DNA of 55,824 nucleotides, filler included, from Streblomastix strix (lineage: Eukaryota), in assembly GCA_008636045.1 (NCBI GenBank). It is 2 parts of 2 records of this genome, joined end to end, with 100 filler letters (N's around TTAATTAATTAA, not from the genome) between each part and the next. Parts side by side here need not be neighbours in the genome. Positions count along the whole stretch, not along the records: positions 28,031 to 55,824 come from SNRW01000138.1; 1 more part is not named here. One strand, given 5' to 3'. This document shows positions 50,518 through 55,824 of the stretch, one piece after another. The position numbers were made by a program, and so were the translations under genes. The notes beneath the pieces were generated by a model that did not search any database, was not told where the DNA came from, and saw only the letters and a list, made by a program, of their open reading frames with translations. Position 1 is the first letter of the stretch. Each line of letters begins with the position of its first letter.

Positions 50518-51680
50518 ATGTAAAAATAAATTATATAATTTATAGATGATAAGGCGTTCAAAGTTGATAAAATAAAATTAGTGGATTTCATTATGAATAT
50601 GAATTTTGTATTTAAAAAGTAATTCAACATCAATAATTTTAGAGGAATAGTTTGAAGATAAATCAATTTCTTTGTGGTAGGAGATTTATCTTGATAATTT
50701 TTAAAAGTATCATGCAGAACAAATAAAATACAATGTAAAACTACAAGCAAAAACGAAAGTTTAGTAAGATTCATAGAGAATTAAGAACCCATTTAGGAGT
50801 AATGTTAAAGATAAAACTGATATAGTGTAAGATATTAGATTGGAACCATTAAGGAAATATTAACGTCCATATTTCTCAACAGAATTAGGGGGCTGGAAAA
50901 TTGATATTATATTTATAATGCATCCAACAATTAATAAAATAAAAACAATAATATCTATTTTGCATTTGTATTAACACTAAATATTTAATAGTATTTCCAA
51001 TTAAAAATAAATCAGCCACTGAGCTATTAAAGCGTATTAAATAATTAAAATCTGCCTAACTTGTTTCTAATATAAGATCAGATGGTGAATCTGCGTTGGG
51101 AAGTAAAAAAACTAAGGATTATTTAAAAGAGAACGATATAAATTATTTCTATAATTCATCTCTTTTCGTTAATAAAAATAGAGTAGTTGATTCAGTAGTT
51201 AGAACAATAAGCAATGTGTTTGAAAAAGATCCTTAACTAATGACTTATATTAAATAATTATAATAAGTTGTTGATGAATATAACAAATCAAAACATAATG
51301 CTTTTAAATAAAAATTCACTCCTAAATAAGTAAATTAGAATGAAGATTTAGAAGGAATATATATTAGATAAAAAATTAAGGAATTATCTGAGATAAAGGA
51401 ATAACAATACAAGGATTATCTATAGGATCTAAAAAAAGATAATATTATTACTATACACCTAGATTTGAAAAAGACTGCTCACGGATTTGAAAAATAACGC
51501 AGGCAATTTAATGAAATAGCTATGTTTATAAAATATGAACATGGAAATGTTGTTTGTGAACTATTAAAACCTTATAATGATATTAAGATTGTAGAAGTTC
51601 CTATCTATTACACTCATAAGGTTGCAAACAATATTGAAACATTAAAAGATAAATGTAAGATAACAATTAAGTTGCAGTGA
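50518..51680 (+). pseudogene. rve-type (Polinton) integrase
   Basis: RPYFS...GWKIDIIF, YLFCICINTKYLIVFPI, IRSDGESA, NKNRVVDSVVRT, YNKSKHNAF..KFTP. Frameshifts and TGAs in the 5' part. Confidence 0.85.
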
Positions 51681-51714
51681 TTATTTTTTCTCGATAAATA
51701 ATTAGATATACAAA

Positions 51715-51963
51715 ATGAACAGATTTAAAAATTTACTTAAAAAAGTTGGTTAATTGATAAAATATTTTACAGAATAAGACGCATAAGAAATGGCTAAGAA
51801 ATAACGTAGTGAAGCTAAGAGGAGATAACGTTTAAAGTAAAAATAATTTAAAGAATATCTCTCTCTTTAGTAATCAAGAATAATAGATATATTAAATAAA
51901 ACAATAATACCAGATGTTACTTTAGAGTAAATTTCTCAATTAGTCGAAGATCCAAATCTTTGA
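51715..51963 (+). CDS. Small basic viral protein, homologue of 27135-27446 (82 aa)
   Basis: KKVGQLIKYFTEQDAQEMAKKQR vs KAGRPKKQQTEDQAKNIARQQH, in the same position after the integrase. Confidence 0.65.
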
Positions 51964-53022
51964 CACTGTTTCTCTTCTTTTTTCTTCCAAGTTTATTTTT
52001 AAGATATTCATAAGCTATAACTGATGAGATGATTCGATTGGCTGCAATCTTATGAGTTTTAGGTCTATCTAAGTTTAATCGATCTTCCTTAGATAATAGT
52101 ATTTTACGTTATCTCACTGTTAATATACCCTAATCAGTAACGTTATAATAAACTACTTTATATGGCTCGTTAGGATATTTTCCATTCCATGGATGCACTG
52201 GTTTCTATTTCCAATCTAATCCTCCAATATATTATAGATCTTTATTTGTTTCTTTATTATCTTAAATTAGTTATTTATATTTTTAATTTTATACTTTCTC
52301 TTAATCCATATCTTATTAAAGAGAATCAGCTTATTAGGAAAAATCGTTGAATTAATCTGTAATTGATTCAAATATATTTAAGTCATATAAAGGCTTTTTT
52401 ACTATCGATTATATCCTACAAATAATTCCATTCTTTCGTCATCACTTTCATATATACCTTTATCTGGTGCTGATGGTTATCTCTTTGAGCCAACGTTATG
52501 TGTTGGTTAATCAAATCATGCATTAATATTTTGATTATTATCTACATCAGCTTATTACGTAAGTTGTTAAGATTATGGAATTAGTAAATTGTTCACCAAC
52601 TATTAAGCTTCTCTATTACTTTCTATTAGGTCATTAGGATCGTATCCTCCATATATTCGTTGTTATCTAACTTTACCTTTAAATCTTTATATTCCTGCAT
52701 CAGCTTCTTCTATCGTAAAAGTGGGATCAGCTTCAATAATTTAATTAATTATTTATTCATATTAACCTTTATTTAATTTACCTTTAATAGTTTATACCTA
52801 TCCAATATCGAATAAAATCTAAGGTACTTTAGCTACTTAGTTTGAATCAGTGAACTTTGATTTATGTATAAACTTTTAATTTTTCTGCATATATTCCTTA
52901 GCATTTTACGTTTTTGGTTAATTACTTGGTCTTCCAACTTTGTTGGCGGCATGAATGCTTGTTACTTTTTTATCACTTGGCTTTGGACCAGATGATTTAG
53001 ATCGTTTAACTGATCTCTACAT
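51940..53022 (-). pseudogene. Homologue of the basic core-candidate gene 26085-27140
   Basis: KVPQILFDI...ADPTFTIEEADAG...RQQRIYGGYDPNDLIE, with frameshifts downstream. 3' end approximate. Confidence 0.7.
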
Positions 53023-53059
53023 TTTAATTGTATATAATTAGTATTTTAGTAATAAATAA

Positions 53060-53407
53060 ATGGAATCAAAATAATAACTCAATTAAAGTAATCCAATATG
53101 TTGGGACATTCAAATTATCATTTCAAGTACTTTAATTATAATAACTTTACAAAAATTATATTATTTTTCTAGATTAAAAGTTTTGGCAAAAATAAATTGT
53201 GAAGAATTTATGACTTACTCATCGTTTTTGAGCTAACTTATATCACGATCGACAAAGAATGATCCTGCGATAGAGTTTAGATTTACATTACGATAATACA
53301 ATGAACGTCTTAAGATGGAACAGTTAAAAGAAATTATATAAATAGCTTCAGAGAACAGCTAATCGGCAGTAATGAAATTGATTTAGTATTTAAATGAAAG
53401 AGCATGA
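53060..53407 (+). CDS. Small conserved viral protein (115 aa)
   Basis: Intact; KINCEEFM...LRQYNERLKMEQLKEIIQIASENSQSAVMKL. Confidence 0.75.
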
Positions 53408-53543
53408 GGATTTTCGATCCGCCAAGCTTTGCTCGGAGTTTATTTTTAGCAACGTAGTTCAGGCAAAGCCTTCAGCAAGGGACATGCTATCCAGAAAATC
53501 TTCGATTCGCCAAGTTTTACTTGGAAACTTAATTTATATTGAA

Positions 53544-54525
53544 ATGACTAACATCGGTTTACAAATTATCAATTCAGATTCAGTTAAAGATTATATAAAA
53601 TGGTAAACGACTATCCCTAGTGGAAGTTAAAGCTTTTAAGTTAATAATATCAATAACATTCCAATTAATTTAACATATAATTTGAACAATGATTATGTAG
53701 AAATATCGCACAATACTGTATCAACTAATGATAGACAAATATAATATTAAAATCAAATCGGCGAAAATTAATTCGAATGTATATTATAGGAAAAATTACC
53801 ACCAATTAGGATTAGTTTGAATACTGCAGTTAATAACGCTTATACAAGTGATTAAACGTTATAAGGATATAAATTTTAACCTGTATTACTTTACTAAACA
53901 CTAACTACAATATATAGTTTTGCTGATTCAGTTGAGAAATATTTTAGATCATAATCAACTTTGAATAGTGGGGCAATATGCTTTAATAATATAATTAATG
54001 AACATGTATAAAAATTATTGAATAATCAGTACTCATAAAATTAGAATTATGGATAAGATTTAGTGATTTCCGCTATCAATTATATTAACCTTAGAATCGA
54101 TGCATTTCCCTATCACTATTGGATATTTGATACTACAGTTAACTGTGCATATCGAATGATTGGATTAATATGATTATATTGCCCAACATCAAACAATAAT
54201 CTAACAACCATTGAACCAAAGAATTTCACAGGACATGGATTATCAGTACGATACTTATTTAGTAAGTAAGTTGACATAAATCCTAATGGAACATTTACAA
54301 CAACTGATGTATAACCGGTGAATGTATATCAATTAACAATGAAATAAATCATTAATAACATAAACACATTTCCTATGAGACTAATCTGTTCTATACCTGC
54401 ACTTTGTATTAATGAATGGGAAAGTATTTATACAGCTGTTTGAAGAACAAATTATTATTACTAATTTATACCTGAAGTTATAACTGATTATTGCGAGTAA
54501 AATAATATTTATTGGTTTGCTTTAC
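53544..54525 (+). pseudogene. Penton-like gene, copy 2, 3'-truncated
   Basis: MTNIGLQIINSDSVKDYIKWQTTIPSGSQSFQVNNINNIPINL aligns with MSGIGLQIISSDSDKDFVKWDTTIPSGCQSFQVNSINNIPINL. Similarity stops after IYWF at ~54520. Confidence 0.75.
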
Positions 54526-54529
54526 TAGA

Positions 54530-55013
54530 AACATTTATTAATGTGGAAGCATTGTTCAGGTCAATTTCATGCTTCTCAATTTATTACGCTGTATCAGCTA
54601 TTTTCTATTATTTTTTCATCTCGTAATTCTTCTTCAATAAATGTTTAATTTTCTTATTTTTACTATTGCTTTAATTTTGCTTGAGCAACTTCCTCCATTA
54701 TACATCTCATAAATTCTTATTCTTCAACTTCTTTCTTTTACTCATCAAATTCATGTTATTCATGTTTGATTCTCGCTAATTCTTATCTCTCTATTAATTT
54801 ATTCATTAATTCTTTAGAGTTATCATCGGATTTTGATTTATGAATTGTCTTACGATTATATGATCTTTTTGACTTTTCTCCAATGTAATATGTTTAATGT
54901 TTAAGGATTCATTTGAGATAGTTTCGATGCATGTGGATTCTTCTGTTGTCATTTTGGTTTCGGATAAAAACTTGAAAAAGTTTCTTAAACTAATTTTATT
55001 TAATTTATTGCAT
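54530..55013 (-). pseudogene. Degenerate coiled-coil ORF of unknown origin
   Basis: E/K-rich frames with shifts and TGA; replaces the 3' third of the penton-like gene. Confidence 0.35.
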
Positions 55014-55057
55014 TATGTCCCTAATGGCAGGAAAATAAGATAGAATCTTGTGACCCC

Positions 55058-55378
55058 GTGCAGACCGTGCAGACCGTGCAGATGAACAAATCGATTCATT
55101 ACCCCATAATTCTAGCACAAAAAATCTATTTATTCATTTCACTGCACGTGCACTATTATTTATAGCAATTTATATCATTTATCAACATCGCTAATACATT
55201 AGGTTAACTAACATAAAATAAGAACGACCGACCGACCGACTATTTTTATTTTACCAAATTTCGGGTATCAACTCGGCACACTGGCGCACATGAACAATTC
55301 ACTTCATTTATCCACGATTTTGAACATAATCATCAGAGTACTCAATAGACATAGACAATTCACCTCATTTGTCCATTT
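55058..55378. repeat. Cluster of short GC-richer repeats: (GTGCAGACC)x2.8, (CGAC)x4, ACAATTCACyTCATTTrTCCA x2
   Basis: Seen at ~55058-55082, ~55225-55240, ~55294 and ~55355. Confidence 0.75.
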
Positions 55379-55824
55379 CATTAATCTTTTCCAATAATCA
55401 GCATAATTCATCATAGTCAATAGTCTAATCATTCATTTTATCATCATATTCGTGATCAGCGTATCAATATTGACTAAGATATTGATTCTCAAATCATTCA
55501 AAAGACTTCAATTTTTCCAAGATTTTTCAATTTATATAATAAAAATAAAATAAATTTATGAAAAATAAAAATTTTGATTAAATACGAAATATTTTATATA
55601 ACTCTCATAGACTATCCTAAGGTTATATCTTAGTCATGGATTCCAAAAATGATGGTTATAATCAATTCTGTAACTGTTTGTCACCATCAATTTCTTCAAA
55701 TTATGTATTTTGCTCATCGACTAACTATTCGATGTTGTTATTTCATCTTCACAAATGTAAACTTAATCGAACAGATTCCTTTAATCATTATAAGTTAATT
55801 AAAACTAATTAAATAAATAAACTA

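Larger units (their letters stand above)
50218..54525. mobile_element. Second Polinton-like virus copy (integrase end), divergent and decayed
   Basis: Five genes collinear with 24185-27930 in inverted orientation; the terminus resembles that of copy 1. Confidence 0.85.

Noticed and set aside
24185..54525. Giant inverted repeat or a single element spanning both virus blocks
   Set aside because: The copies are too divergent and are separated by an artificial contig linker.

Overview
AT-rich, intron-containing eukaryotic DNA read with a non-standard code: TAA/TAG = Gln and TGA is the only stop. This code plus the gene families fit an oxymonad such as Streblomastix (inference). The supplied standard-code ORF track therefore misses or fragments nearly every real gene. 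The window is two contigs joined by an artificial N-TTAATTAATTAA-N spacer (27931-28030). The left contig holds a decayed DIRS-type tyrosine-recombinase retrotransposon (1-~4120), a ~1 kb non-coding insertion with an 11-bp target duplication, a small membrane-protein gene and a truncated CaMK. It then holds >19.5 kb of an integrated Polinton/Maverick-like virus (from 8418) that uses the host code. The virus encodes pPolB with vOTU-like and HNH-like domains, an A32-type packaging ATPase, rve integrase, candidate major and minor capsid proteins, two phage-like fibre genes, an HNH endonuclease, an amphipathic peptide and small membrane proteins. The right contig holds host genes (coiled-coil/SPRY-like, RRM-helical repeat-MLLE, NEK1-like kinase, receptor-like pseudokinase, cyclin-Y-like pseudogene) and a second, divergent but collinear copy of the same virus family (from ~50218). 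All translations were done by eye and no database searches were run. The capsid and entry-protein calls are inferences from context.
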